In this document: one piece after another, positions 36,829-45,425 of the stretch
Layout: each line of letters begins with the position of its first letter
Numbering within the stretch: position 1 is the first letter of the stretch
From: Promethearchaeota archaeon
GTDB lineage: Archaea > Asgardarchaeota > Lokiarchaeia > Sigyniarchaeales > SOKP01
Reading direction: 5' to 3'
Assembly (NCBI GenBank): GCA_030603385.1
Contig: JAUVXW010000013.1
Span: forward strand, 10,635 to 74,634
DNA length: 64,000 bases
Made by a program: the position numbers and the translations under genes
The notes under the pieces: model-generated
The model's database searches: none
The model's input: only the letters and a program-made list of their open reading frames with translations
What the model was told of the DNA's origin: nothing

Positions 36829-38349
36829 ATGCTTGAATTTCAATTATATGGTGTGTTAATTATCCCATTAGTTATCTTTTTCATAGCGATTAGACAATTA
36901 AATCAAAAAAAAGAATTTAAAATTAACCAATATCTCAAATTAAAACTTGAGGGCGGAAGAACTAATGTATATGTAAATAATCGACGATTTATGCAATGTA
37001 TGTACCTGTTATTAAATATTGCCGTTGATAGAATTGAGGAATATGATGAGATTGGATCAATCGATGAAGCTGCTGTAAAATTAGATCGTTCTATGGAAAG
37101 AAATCATCGTAAAGTTCCACCAGAAACAGAATTTTGGGGGCATTGTTCTAATATACAAGCTTGGGCTGACAATGAATATGATACAAGAATTCTTCATCGA
37201 AATATAGCTTTCCCTTTACTAAAAGCACTTGTTGATGCGGGAGATCCTATTGCTAAACGAAAATTTAAAGAAGAAATTGCGTTAAGATATGCAACAGGAC
37301 ACCCTACTGTTATTAGATTCTTAACCCAAAATGGTTATTTACATTACTTAACCGAAGATGAATTTGAAAGTCTGTTAATTGATATAGACTTTCCAAGTAT
37401 TGATGAATATTCCAGAAAAATCATACCAAAACTAGATAAAGCTTTAGATCCTGAATCTATCAAACTAATAAGACAACATACTTCTACCTTCATAAATAAA
37501 TTTCGATTTAAATATAAATATCTAATTTTATTGAAGGTTTTAGAGAAAGTGCCGGATAAAAGACAAGAGTTTGTAGAAATTATTTATAATAAATATAAGA
37601 ATGTTAGAAGCTTTCCTATACTTAAATTTTTGAATAAGGCTCAAATCAATTTCAACAAATTGGACCTTAAAATTATTTCTTATAATGAAAGATTAATTGG
37701 TCTAATTTTAGATTCAAAAACTAACTTAAAAAACAAAATGATTGAAAAAATAGAAGATATCAAAGGATTTGAAGAATTTTCTGAAGATATTGAAGAAATA
37801 GATTTGAGTAATAATAGGATAAATAAAATAATAGGACTTGAGAATCTTAAAAACCTAAAGAAATTATATTTAAAAAACAACTACATTGAAAAAATCGAAG
37901 GGTTGGAAAACCTAACTAATTTGGAATTTTTAGATCTTTCGGGAAATATTAATATCGAAGAAATTCCGGAATGTTTAAATAAATTATCTAGCCTAAAAAC
38001 TGTTAAATTAACAGGATGTAGAATTGGAAAATTCTCTGAATCAACATCACGATTTTTTTGGATGGGACAAAATTTTAGATATTTTACAAAATATACAAGC
38101 GAAGACATTAAATATTATGAAGAAACTCATGCTTCAAGGGCAGGAGTTAATGGAAGACTTTATAAAAATTTTGTGAAATGGTTATTTAAAATAAGGAAAA
38201 TGATGAAGAAATGTAATTTCAATTATGACGATATCAAAAATTTCGAAAAGAAAACCAATTTACAAGCAATTTATTCCGGAAAACCAACAAAAACTTTCTT
38301 GAAGCACCTTGATGACAAAAAACAAATAAGAATAACAAAATTTATGTAA
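36829..38349 (+). CDS. Membrane-anchored LRR protein (4-5 LRRs), paralogue of the 33098-34654 N-terminal domain
   Basis: N-terminal TM helix (YGVLIIPLVIFFIAI). Shared domain (GSIDEAAVKLD, NIAFPLLKALVDAGDPIAKRKFKEEIA). LRRs IEEIDLSNNRINKIIGLENLKNLKKLYLKNNYIEKIEGLENLTNLEFLDLSGN. Confidence 0.75.
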   Translation: MLEFQLYGVLIIPLVIFFIAIRQLNQKKEFKINQYLKLKLEGGRTNVYVNNRRFMQCMYLLLNIAVDRIEEYDEIGSIDEAAVKLDRSMERNHRKVPPETEFWGHCSNIQAWADNEYDTRILHRNIAFPLLKALVDAGDPIAKRKFKEEIALRYATGHPTVIRFLTQNGYLHYLTEDEFESLLIDIDFPSIDEYSRKIIPKLDKALDPESIKLIRQHTSTFINKFRFKYKYLILLKVLEKVPDKRQEFVEIIYNKYKNVRSFPILKFLNKAQINFNKLDLKIISYNERLIGLILDSKTNLKNKMIEKIEDIKGFEEFSEDIEEIDLSNNRINKIIGLENLKNLKKLYLKNNYIEKIEGLENLTNLEFLDLSGNINIEEIPECLNKLSSLKTVKLTGCRIGKFSESTSRFFWMGQNFRYFTKYTSEDIKYYEETHASRAGVNGRLYKNFVKWLFKIRKMMKKCNFNYDDIKNFEKKTNLQAIYSGKPTKTFLKHLDDKKQIRITKFM

Positions 38350-38384
38350 AAAATAAATTTTCTATTCTTTCCATAACATTTCCT

Positions 38385-39329
38385 TTAAGAATACTCCAAC
38401 ATCTTTTCAATTGGTTTTTTTGCCCGCTTTGCTACATTAGGGGGAACTTTCACCTCGAAAGCTTCATCATCTAGATTCTCCAAGATGTATTTAATCAGTT
38501 CGAGATTATGCTTCTTCATATTATGGCAAACGAGCTTTTCCTTTGCCAAATAGAACTTATTGGTGGGAAAATCTTGAGCCATTCTTTCTAAAAGACCTAC
38601 TTCTGTTCCAATGATGAATTCAATAACTTTTGATGAATTCTCTTTAACATAATTGTACATCCGAGCAGTTGATCCAACAATATCTGCTAGTTCTCTAACA
38701 CCTCTTATACATTCTGGGTGAACAAGAAGTTTTGCGTTAGGGTATTTCTTCTTTATTTCTACAATATCATCAACAGTGATCTGGGAATGAACATAACAAT
38801 GACCATGTGAGGGCATCTGCCAACATTTTATACCTGATTCTTGTTCTGCATAATCGGCCAAATTCGCATCTGGACCAAATAAAACTTCCTTAGTACTAAA
38901 TTCTTTGCTAATTCTCTTTACAATTTCTACTGCGTTTGATGAAGTGCAACATATATCTGATTCTGCTTTCACAGCCGCAGTTGAATTGACGTACACTATA
39001 ACGGGTAATCCAGGATGTTTTTCTTTATATTCTCTAACCATTTCAGGAGTAAGGAATGCGGCCATAGGACAACATGATTCATAATTCGGAATCATTATAT
39101 GTTTATCCTGATTCAAGATAGAAGCAGTCTCACACATAAAATCAACACCAGCAAATATAATATAATCTGTATTTGCTTTTTCTTTAGTTGTTCGAGATAA
39201 TCCGAGAGAGTCTCCTAAATAATCAGCAATTTCTTGAATTTCAATTGGTTGATAATAATGAGCTAAAATAATAACGTTTTTTTGCTTTTTTAGTGTTAAA
39301 ATTTCTTCTTGCAGTTGTTTGACAGTCAT
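38385..39329 (-). CDS. nadA: Quinolinate synthase
   Basis: ILAHYYQ..EIQEIADY.GDSL.LSR, FAGVDFM.E.A.IL, VYVNS.A.VKA..D.CCTSSNA, HPEC; 314 aa. Confidence 0.85.
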   Translation of the reverse strand: MTVKQLQEEILTLKKQKNVIILAHYYQPIEIQEIADYLGDSLGLSRTTKEKANTDYIIFAGVDFMCETASILNQDKHIMIPNYESCCPMAAFLTPEMVREYKEKHPGLPVIVYVNSTAAVKAESDICCTSSNAVEIVKRISKEFSTKEVLFGPDANLADYAEQESGIKCWQMPSHGHCYVHSQITVDDIVEIKKKYPNAKLLVHPECIRGVRELADIVGSTARMYNYVKENSSKVIEFIIGTEVGLLERMAQDFPTNKFYLAKEKLVCHNMKKHNLELIKYILENLDDEAFEVKVPPNVAKRAKKPIEKMLEYS

Positions 39330-39568
39330 TTTTACAAAAAGGAATCAGTTTTTACTATATTATATAAGGATTTAAGAAAAGATAAGTTGTTTGATTATAA
39401 AAAATTTGAACAGTGTAATTAAATAGAGATTAATCAAGAATTATTTGAATTAGTAAAATTATTATATTCTGGTAATTATAATGCGAAAAAAGGTCAAACT
39501 TTCAAATAATTTTTTGACCAAAATTCATAATAAGGAAAACCTATATTTACTTATTTTTTTCTTTTTGA

Positions 39569-40309
39569 TTATTTAGAGCAAAAACAACTTTCATTCTTAA
39601 CAATATCTATAATATTAAACCTTAAATCTATTAAATTAACCATCAGAACTTTATTTTCCAGATTCGGGAGACCTAAGGCTGTTTTTATTACTTCTAAAGC
39701 TTCTAATGTACCTAAAATACCAGGAGTCACACCAATTACTGGTAAAGGACCTTCCTCTGGAGGGGCTTCTATAGGTTCTGAAAAAACACATTGATAACAA
39801 GCAGTCTTTTTTGGATTTATTGTGATAATTTGTCCGTAAAAATCTTTGATCCCCGAAATAACACATCTTAAATTGTTTTCAATAGCTATTTTGTTAACTA
39901 GGAATTTAGTTTCAAAATTGTCACTACAATCGACTATAAAATCATAATCCTTTTCTTCTAAATATTTCTTTATCGATTTTTCATCAATAAAATCTTTATA
40001 TACATTAATTTGAACATCTGAATTAAGTTTTGATAATACTTCTTTAGCAGAATTCACCTTGTCTTTTCCAATTTGAGATTCATTATAAAGAATTTGTCTT
40101 TGCAGATTTGAAAGATCTAAAACATCATTATCTATTATTGTTAATTCTTTAATCCCTGCTGCCGTTAAATACAGTGAAAAGGGCGAACCCAAGCCTCCAC
40201 AACCTATCTGTAGGATTTTTAACTTTGAAATCTTTTCTTGTCCTTTTTCTCCAATTTCTGGAGATATAATTTGGCGTGAATATCTCTCCTTTTGCTTTTC
40301 AGTTAATAT
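39569..40309 (-). CDS. ThiF/MoeB/E1-like adenylyltransferase; start codon unresolved
   Basis: The frame is open up to 40312 and encodes the canonical N-terminus ILTEKQKERYSRQIISPEIGEKGQEKISKLKILQIGCGGLGSP upstream of the track's TTG at 40192. Also DNDVLDLSNLQRQ, CYQC and C.C zinc site near the C-terminus. No in-frame ATG/GTG/TTG in the extension. Confidence 0.75.
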   Translation of the reverse strand: MLTEKQKERYSRQIISPEIGEKGQEKISKLKILQIGCGGLGSPFSLYLTAAGIKELTIIDNDVLDLSNLQRQILYNESQIGKDKVNSAKEVLSKLNSDVQINVYKDFIDEKSIKKYLEEKDYDFIVDCSDNFETKFLVNKIAIENNLRCVISGIKDFYGQIITINPKKTACYQCVFSEPIEAPPEEGPLPVIGVTPGILGTLEALEVIKTALGLPNLENKVLMVNLIDLRFNIIDIVKNESCFCSK

Positions 40310-40315
40310 AAACTA

Positions 40316-40690
40316 TCACCTATTTATTATTTTTTTTACGTTTTTAATTGTTTCTTCAATTTCTATGAATATTAAACCTAAATTAGTATTCAAATTTAAT
40401 AATGAAACCAAAATTAGTTGTTCATCAGCCCCCATAATAATAAGTTGAAAATCGTTAAATTCTACTGTTAGATTCTCAACAAACTTGCTTCCTATTGTTG
40501 AAGCTGCTGTTTCAATAGCACCAAACATAGTGGCGGCCATAGCACAAAATTTCCGATCATCGATATCTCTAGGTAATTTTGAAGCAATCAATAAACCATT
40601 ACGGTTAACAAGAGCCGTACCTACAATATCGCTTATACCTTCCAGTTTTTCTAATTCTTTATGGAGATTTTGAACTTTTAAGCTATTCAT
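40316..40690 (-). CDS. Roadblock/LC7 (MglB-like) domain protein
   Basis: 124 aa. LEGISDIVGTALVNRNGLLIAS, AAMAATMFGAIETA, LILVSLLN pattern typical of Roadblock/LC7. Confidence 0.7.
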   Translation of the reverse strand: MNSLKVQNLHKELEKLEGISDIVGTALVNRNGLLIASKLPRDIDDRKFCAMAATMFGAIETAASTIGSKFVENLTVEFNDFQLIIMGADEQLILVSLLNLNTNLGLIFIEIEETIKNVKKIINR

Positions 40691-40825
40691 TTCTATTCAG
40701 AAGTTAGCTTCATGTTAATTTCAATTAAGATATGAATTATATAAAGATATCTATTTGAAATTTTAAATCATTAATAATTACTATCCAAACTTGAAGAAAA
40801 AGAATCTTAAAAAAATTGCTTATAA

Positions 40826-41047
40826 CTAAGCCGTAGCTTTTTTTCTATTGCGGTAAAATGATTTCTGGCCATTAAATGCTCGTGTTCTATTCCTCCACCC
40901 TGGCTGACGTAATTTCGCAGATTTACCAAAACCGCAACTGGCACAAAATTTCTTTCTTCTGTGATATGAATGGTTTCCACAACGACGACATGTTTTATGG
41001 CTAGCTGCCTTATTTTTCTTTCCTTTGCTTGGTGTACCTTTTCCCAT
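40826..41047 (-). CDS. rpl37e: Ribosomal protein L37e
   Basis: [13 protein letters not shown]...[22 protein letters not shown] zinc-ribbon signature of eL37. Confidence 0.85.
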   Translation of the reverse strand: MGKGTPSKGKKNKAASHKTCRRCGNHSYHRRKKFCASCGFGKSAKLRQPGWRNRTRAFNGQKSFYRNRKKATA

Positions 41048-41052
41048 CTTGC

Positions 41053-41379
41053 TTAAACCTCTTCAGTTTCTTCTCGATGCATTAAATTCTCTTCTGGATC
41101 GCCTGCGAAAACTAAACTTTCACGATCCTGGGCTACAAAGATAACGCTGGCACCCCTGATCATCACTGTGCCTAAATTCTTGCTTCTTTTTCCACCACGA
41201 CCAAAATATATTTCTTTAGCGTCTTCAACAATTAAATTCATATAATTATCGAATTTTACAAGCTTCCCCGTTAAAAATGTGTTCCAAATCTTTAATTTGA
41301 TGTTTACTTCATCTTTCAGGATAGCCTTTGACAAGGTCCTAGATATCGTGTGTTGTGTGTGTTGTGTGTGTTGCGACAT
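41053..41379 (-). CDS. Sm-like (LSm) archaeal protein with short QHT-repeat N-terminus
   Basis: Sm1/Sm2-like [21 protein letters not shown] ... [14 protein letters not shown]. Conserved archaeal LSm-L37e gene order. Confidence 0.75.
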   Translation of the reverse strand: MSQHTQHTQHTISRTLSKAILKDEVNIKLKIWNTFLTGKLVKFDNYMNLIVEDAKEIYFGRGGKRSKNLGTVMIRGASVIFVAQDRESLVFAGDPEENLMHREETEEV

Positions 41380-41494
41380 TGAAATGAAATCTCTTGAAAA
41401 TTATTCTACGTTATGTTTTTAATTACTTAATCAAATAAATATTTTTTTAAATATATAAGAATTTAAATGAAATATTATTAGATAAGGGATATAA

Positions 41495-42532
41495 ATGAAA
41501 AAAATCGCATATTTTGATGCATGTGTTGAAACTCCCGAAGAGATTATCCTTGCTGCCGATATGCTCCCTATTAGACTTTTTGGCGATCCAGAAATCGGAA
41601 TAGATAAAGCGAATGAACATGTACCTCCAACTCATTGCGTTTGGGCAAGAAATATCCTTGAACAAGCTATTAATGGGTTGGATGATAACATTAAAGGAGT
41701 CATTACAACACACGGATGTGATTGTACTAATAGAGAGTTTGATATTTGGTTAGAATGTGTAAATCTAGAGTTCCTTTTTTTTCTCAATGCTCCATTGAAG
41801 CGAAATGAGACTGCCTTAAACTTCTTTATGAACGATATTAAAGAATTAATTAGTCAATTGGAGGAAAAATTTAATGTTAATATAACCTCTGAAAAGATTA
41901 ATGAAGCCATAAAAAAAATGAATAAAATTAGGAAATTATTAAGAGAAATATCAAGTTTTCGAGTAGATATGAAATTAAAGGGTTCTGAATTCCATGCTCT
42001 AGTTAAAAAAGTTCAACAATCTGATAAAAGTAAAATGATTGAAATTCTTGAATTAAAATTGGCAGAAATTAAAGAAAGAAAACCTTTTCCAAATGCTAAC
42101 CTCAAAAAAGTATTGTTAACAGGTTCAGTAATAGATGATACCGAATTCATTAAGTTTCTCGAAGAAGTTGGTTTTCAAATCGTAATTGATGATTTATGTA
42201 TAGGGACCAAATATTTTTGGAATAGCGTTGATGAAGATGGAGACCCAATAAAAGGTTTAGCTGAATTTCATTTAAGCAAGCCAATCTATTCTACTAAATT
42301 TCCTTCATATGAGCGATTTAGAGTATTAAAGAATTTAGCAGAAAAATATAAAGTTGATGGGGTAATCAATATCGCACAAAAGTTTTGCGAGCCAGTTTTG
42401 TATGACCATCCATATTTTAATAAAAAATTTAAAGAATTAGAAATTCCATATCTTTTTGTTGAGATGGAATACAATAGAGAATCATATAAACAATTAACAA
42501 CCAGATTTGAAGCATTTAGAGAAATAATTTAA
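41495..42532 (+). CDS. 2-hydroxyacyl-CoA dehydratase / benzoyl-CoA reductase B/C-family subunit (small)
   Basis: HGD-D family features: conserved Cys (HGCDCTNREFD), C-terminal DGVINIAQKFCEP. Confidence 0.6.
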   Translation: MKKIAYFDACVETPEEIILAADMLPIRLFGDPEIGIDKANEHVPPTHCVWARNILEQAINGLDDNIKGVITTHGCDCTNREFDIWLECVNLEFLFFLNAPLKRNETALNFFMNDIKELISQLEEKFNVNITSEKINEAIKKMNKIRKLLREISSFRVDMKLKGSEFHALVKKVQQSDKSKMIEILELKLAEIKERKPFPNANLKKVLLTGSVIDDTEFIKFLEEVGFQIVIDDLCIGTKYFWNSVDEDGDPIKGLAEFHLSKPIYSTKFPSYERFRVLKNLAEKYKVDGVINIAQKFCEPVLYDHPYFNKKFKELEIPYLFVEMEYNRESYKQLTTRFEAFREII

Positions 42533-42547
42533 AGGAGGGCTACAATA

Positions 42548-43810
42548 ATGTCAAAAGTGAAGAAAACTGGAAAGATGTTAAACGCAACTAATAAATTAAG
42601 AAATGAAATGGGAAGACATTTTTTAGCTATTGAGCAAGCTTTTCGAGAAGGAAAACCAACTGCTTGGGCCACGGCGGGAACTCCTGTTGAACTTTTATAT
42701 TCTATGGGTGTTCAACCAATGCTTCCTGAAAATTCAGCTACAATTTCAGCGGCTCTTAAAAAATCTCAAAATTTTATTGAACTTGCTGAAGATCAAGGAT
42801 ATTCCTATGATCTATGTTCATATTTCAAGACGAATGTTGGGGCTGTGCTTAGTAATGCTGAAATGAGCGAGGGTGGTACAAGAAAACCGACTTTTATGCT
42901 GTCAAGCGACGTAATATGTGATACTCATGTCAATTGGTTTCAAGTACAATCTGAAAGAATGGGTGGTGTGCCCCACTTTACAATTGATATACCACATGTG
43001 GTAAGTAATACAAATAACAGGCAACGAGAATATTTCAAAAAATATATTAGAGAACAGCTCTGGGAGTTATTGGATTTTATAACTGAAGTTACTGGAAACG
43101 AATATAATGAAGAAAAGGCACGAGAGGTTGCTCAGAATTCGTATGAAATGGGAAAAATTTGGCAAGAAGTCTTCGAGTTAAGAAAGAATATTCCTTGTCC
43201 TGTATCCACAAGGGATACTTTTGGAGGATTATTCCCTTTATTCACTATGACAGGATTAAAATCACCAATAAAACTTTACAAAAGAATGTATAGAGAAGCC
43301 AAAGAACGCGTAGATAATGGAATTGGAGCGTTAGAGCAAGAAGATTACCGTTTACTTTTTGAAGGTATCCCTTTCTGGCATAACCTGAAATTCTTCGCTA
43401 ACTTAGAACGTTGGAACGCTATTATAGTGTATGAACCATACGTATACGCTTTCACTAAATATACAAATCCAAATATTACCAAAGAACATGTTTTAAATAA
43501 CCCCGTAGAGTCAATGGCAGAACTGATACTTAGTTTTTGGTATGTCTATGACTTAGAGACTCGCGTTCAAAAATTCAAGGAAACAGTAAGAGATTGGAAA
43601 ATTGATGGTGTGATCTTGCATAATAATATGTCATGTCGTCCAAATGCATGTGGTATGTATGATTTGAAACGTAGATTAATGGAAGAAGCTGATATTCCCT
43701 GTTTAATTGTGGACGGAGATATGAATGACCCACGTAAGCTGAATGAGACTCAAGTCCTAAACCAAATCGAAAGTTTCATAGAAATTCTCAGAAAGAGGAA
43801 GAAGAAATAA
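42548..43810 (+). CDS. 2-hydroxyacyl-CoA dehydratase / benzoyl-CoA reductase B/C-family subunit (large)
   Basis: GKPTAWATAGTPVELLYSMG, DLCSYFK, DVICDTH, DGVILHNNMSCRP. Adjacent to and co-oriented with the small subunit. Confidence 0.6.
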   Translation: MSKVKKTGKMLNATNKLRNEMGRHFLAIEQAFREGKPTAWATAGTPVELLYSMGVQPMLPENSATISAALKKSQNFIELAEDQGYSYDLCSYFKTNVGAVLSNAEMSEGGTRKPTFMLSSDVICDTHVNWFQVQSERMGGVPHFTIDIPHVVSNTNNRQREYFKKYIREQLWELLDFITEVTGNEYNEEKAREVAQNSYEMGKIWQEVFELRKNIPCPVSTRDTFGGLFPLFTMTGLKSPIKLYKRMYREAKERVDNGIGALEQEDYRLLFEGIPFWHNLKFFANLERWNAIIVYEPYVYAFTKYTNPNITKEHVLNNPVESMAELILSFWYVYDLETRVQKFKETVRDWKIDGVILHNNMSCRPNACGMYDLKRRLMEEADIPCLIVDGDMNDPRKLNETQVLNQIESFIEILRKRKKK

Positions 43811-43875
43811 TTTATTTTTTACTAAGTTTAACTTTAATATATATAAAATTTAAGGTATCACTTAGGTGAATTTTA

Positions 43876-45390
43876 TTGAAAAAAACAGGAATTGTTGAGA
43901 TAAGTACTGGAAAATTACAAGGTTATATTGATAAAGGTATAGAAGTGTATAAAGGAGTTCCGTATGCTGAACCTCCTGTTGGAGATTTAAGATTCAATGC
44001 ACCAGAACCAAAAAAATCATGGGGTCATGTGTTAGATGCAACAAGATTCGGTCCTGTGGCACCACAGCCACCTAGTCCTTTCACACCACAGCCACCCCCT
44101 CCACAAAGTGAAGAAGACTGTCTTACACTTAATATTTGGACACCTGCACCTGATGACAAAAAACGTCCTGTCATGTTCTGGATTCACGGAGGTTCATATA
44201 AGACAGGAGGTGCAACTAATTATGATGGAATACCTTTAGCAACTCGCGGAGATGTAGTCATAGTTATAATTAATTATAGATTAGGACCTTTAGGTTTTCT
44301 CTATCTTCCCGATGCCCCTAATTTTTCAGCAAATGTTGGATTGCTCGATCAAATCGAAGCGTTAAAATGGGTTAAAGAAAATATCGTGAACTTCGGGGGA
44401 GATCCAGAAAATGTTACTGTGTTTGGAGAATCTGCTGGTGCGGGAGCAATTTGTTGTCTACTTGGCATGCCTGCAGCTAAAGGTTTATTTAATCGCATTA
44501 TCCCACAATCTGGAAGTACAAGCCCACTTGGTTACCAAAAGGGTAGGGCAATAGCAACTGCACAAAGGTTAGCTTCGCTTCTGGAAATCGAAAAAGATGA
44601 TATTGACCGCTTAAGAAAAATTTCATCAGAGAAGATTATCAAGGCTCAGACAAAGATGGATCAACAAGTATTAGAAGGAGGAACTGCATTTGCCTTAGGA
44701 TATTCTCCCCTAGTTGATAAGAATACCATGCCAAACCATCCTTTAAAAGCTGTGCTTGATGGTGAAACAAAAAACATTGAAGTTTTACATGGTACTAACA
44801 AGGATGAAATGAGATTGTGGGAATTGTGGTATCCTGGTGTAAAAAACTCGGAAGAACTGTTCAATAGACTGAATGTAATGACGAAACCAATGGGACAATC
44901 CGAAGAAAAAGTTCGTGAAATAATCAATATTTATAGTGAAACGAGGGAAAATCCTACTGAGATATTTAATGCTATAATAACCGATACATTTTTCCGAGTA
45001 CCTTCCATAAGATTAGCAAAAATGCAATCTAGAGTACAACCTGACACCTATATGTATATGTTTACTTATCCCTCACCTATACGTGATGGATCCTTAGGAG
45101 CTGTCCACGCAATCGAAATCCCCTTTGTGTTTGGTACATTAGATATGCCCCGGATCTTTGAATTATTCCCTGTTTCCAACAAAGAAACTGAAAAACTCAG
45201 TGCAAAAATGATGGATAGTTGGATTTCATTCGCTCGAAGTGGGAATCCAAATCATAAAGAAATCCCAAAATGGGAGCAATATGGAAATGATAGGGCAACA
45301 ATGATGTTCGGAAAAGACGTAAAAGCAATAAATGATCCTTACGGCAAAGAAAGATCCGTGTGGGATGATGTCATAACTTTTAAGGGATGA
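43876..45390 (+). CDS. Type-B carboxylesterase (para-nitrobenzyl-esterase-like)
   Basis: GVPYAEPPVGDLRF, EDCLTLNIW, FWIHGGS, nucleophile elbow GESAGA. TTG start. Visibly G+C-richer than its surroundings. Confidence 0.8.
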   Translation: MKKTGIVEISTGKLQGYIDKGIEVYKGVPYAEPPVGDLRFNAPEPKKSWGHVLDATRFGPVAPQPPSPFTPQPPPPQSEEDCLTLNIWTPAPDDKKRPVMFWIHGGSYKTGGATNYDGIPLATRGDVVIVIINYRLGPLGFLYLPDAPNFSANVGLLDQIEALKWVKENIVNFGGDPENVTVFGESAGAGAICCLLGMPAAKGLFNRIIPQSGSTSPLGYQKGRAIATAQRLASLLEIEKDDIDRLRKISSEKIIKAQTKMDQQVLEGGTAFALGYSPLVDKNTMPNHPLKAVLDGETKNIEVLHGTNKDEMRLWELWYPGVKNSEELFNRLNVMTKPMGQSEEKVREIINIYSETRENPTEIFNAIITDTFFRVPSIRLAKMQSRVQPDTYMYMFTYPSPIRDGSLGAVHAIEIPFVFGTLDMPRIFELFPVSNKETEKLSAKMMDSWISFARSGNPNHKEIPKWEQYGNDRATMMFGKDVKAINDPYGKERSVWDDVITFKG

Positions 45391-45425
45391 CATGAATGAA
45401 TATCATATTATGAAAAATTATATAG

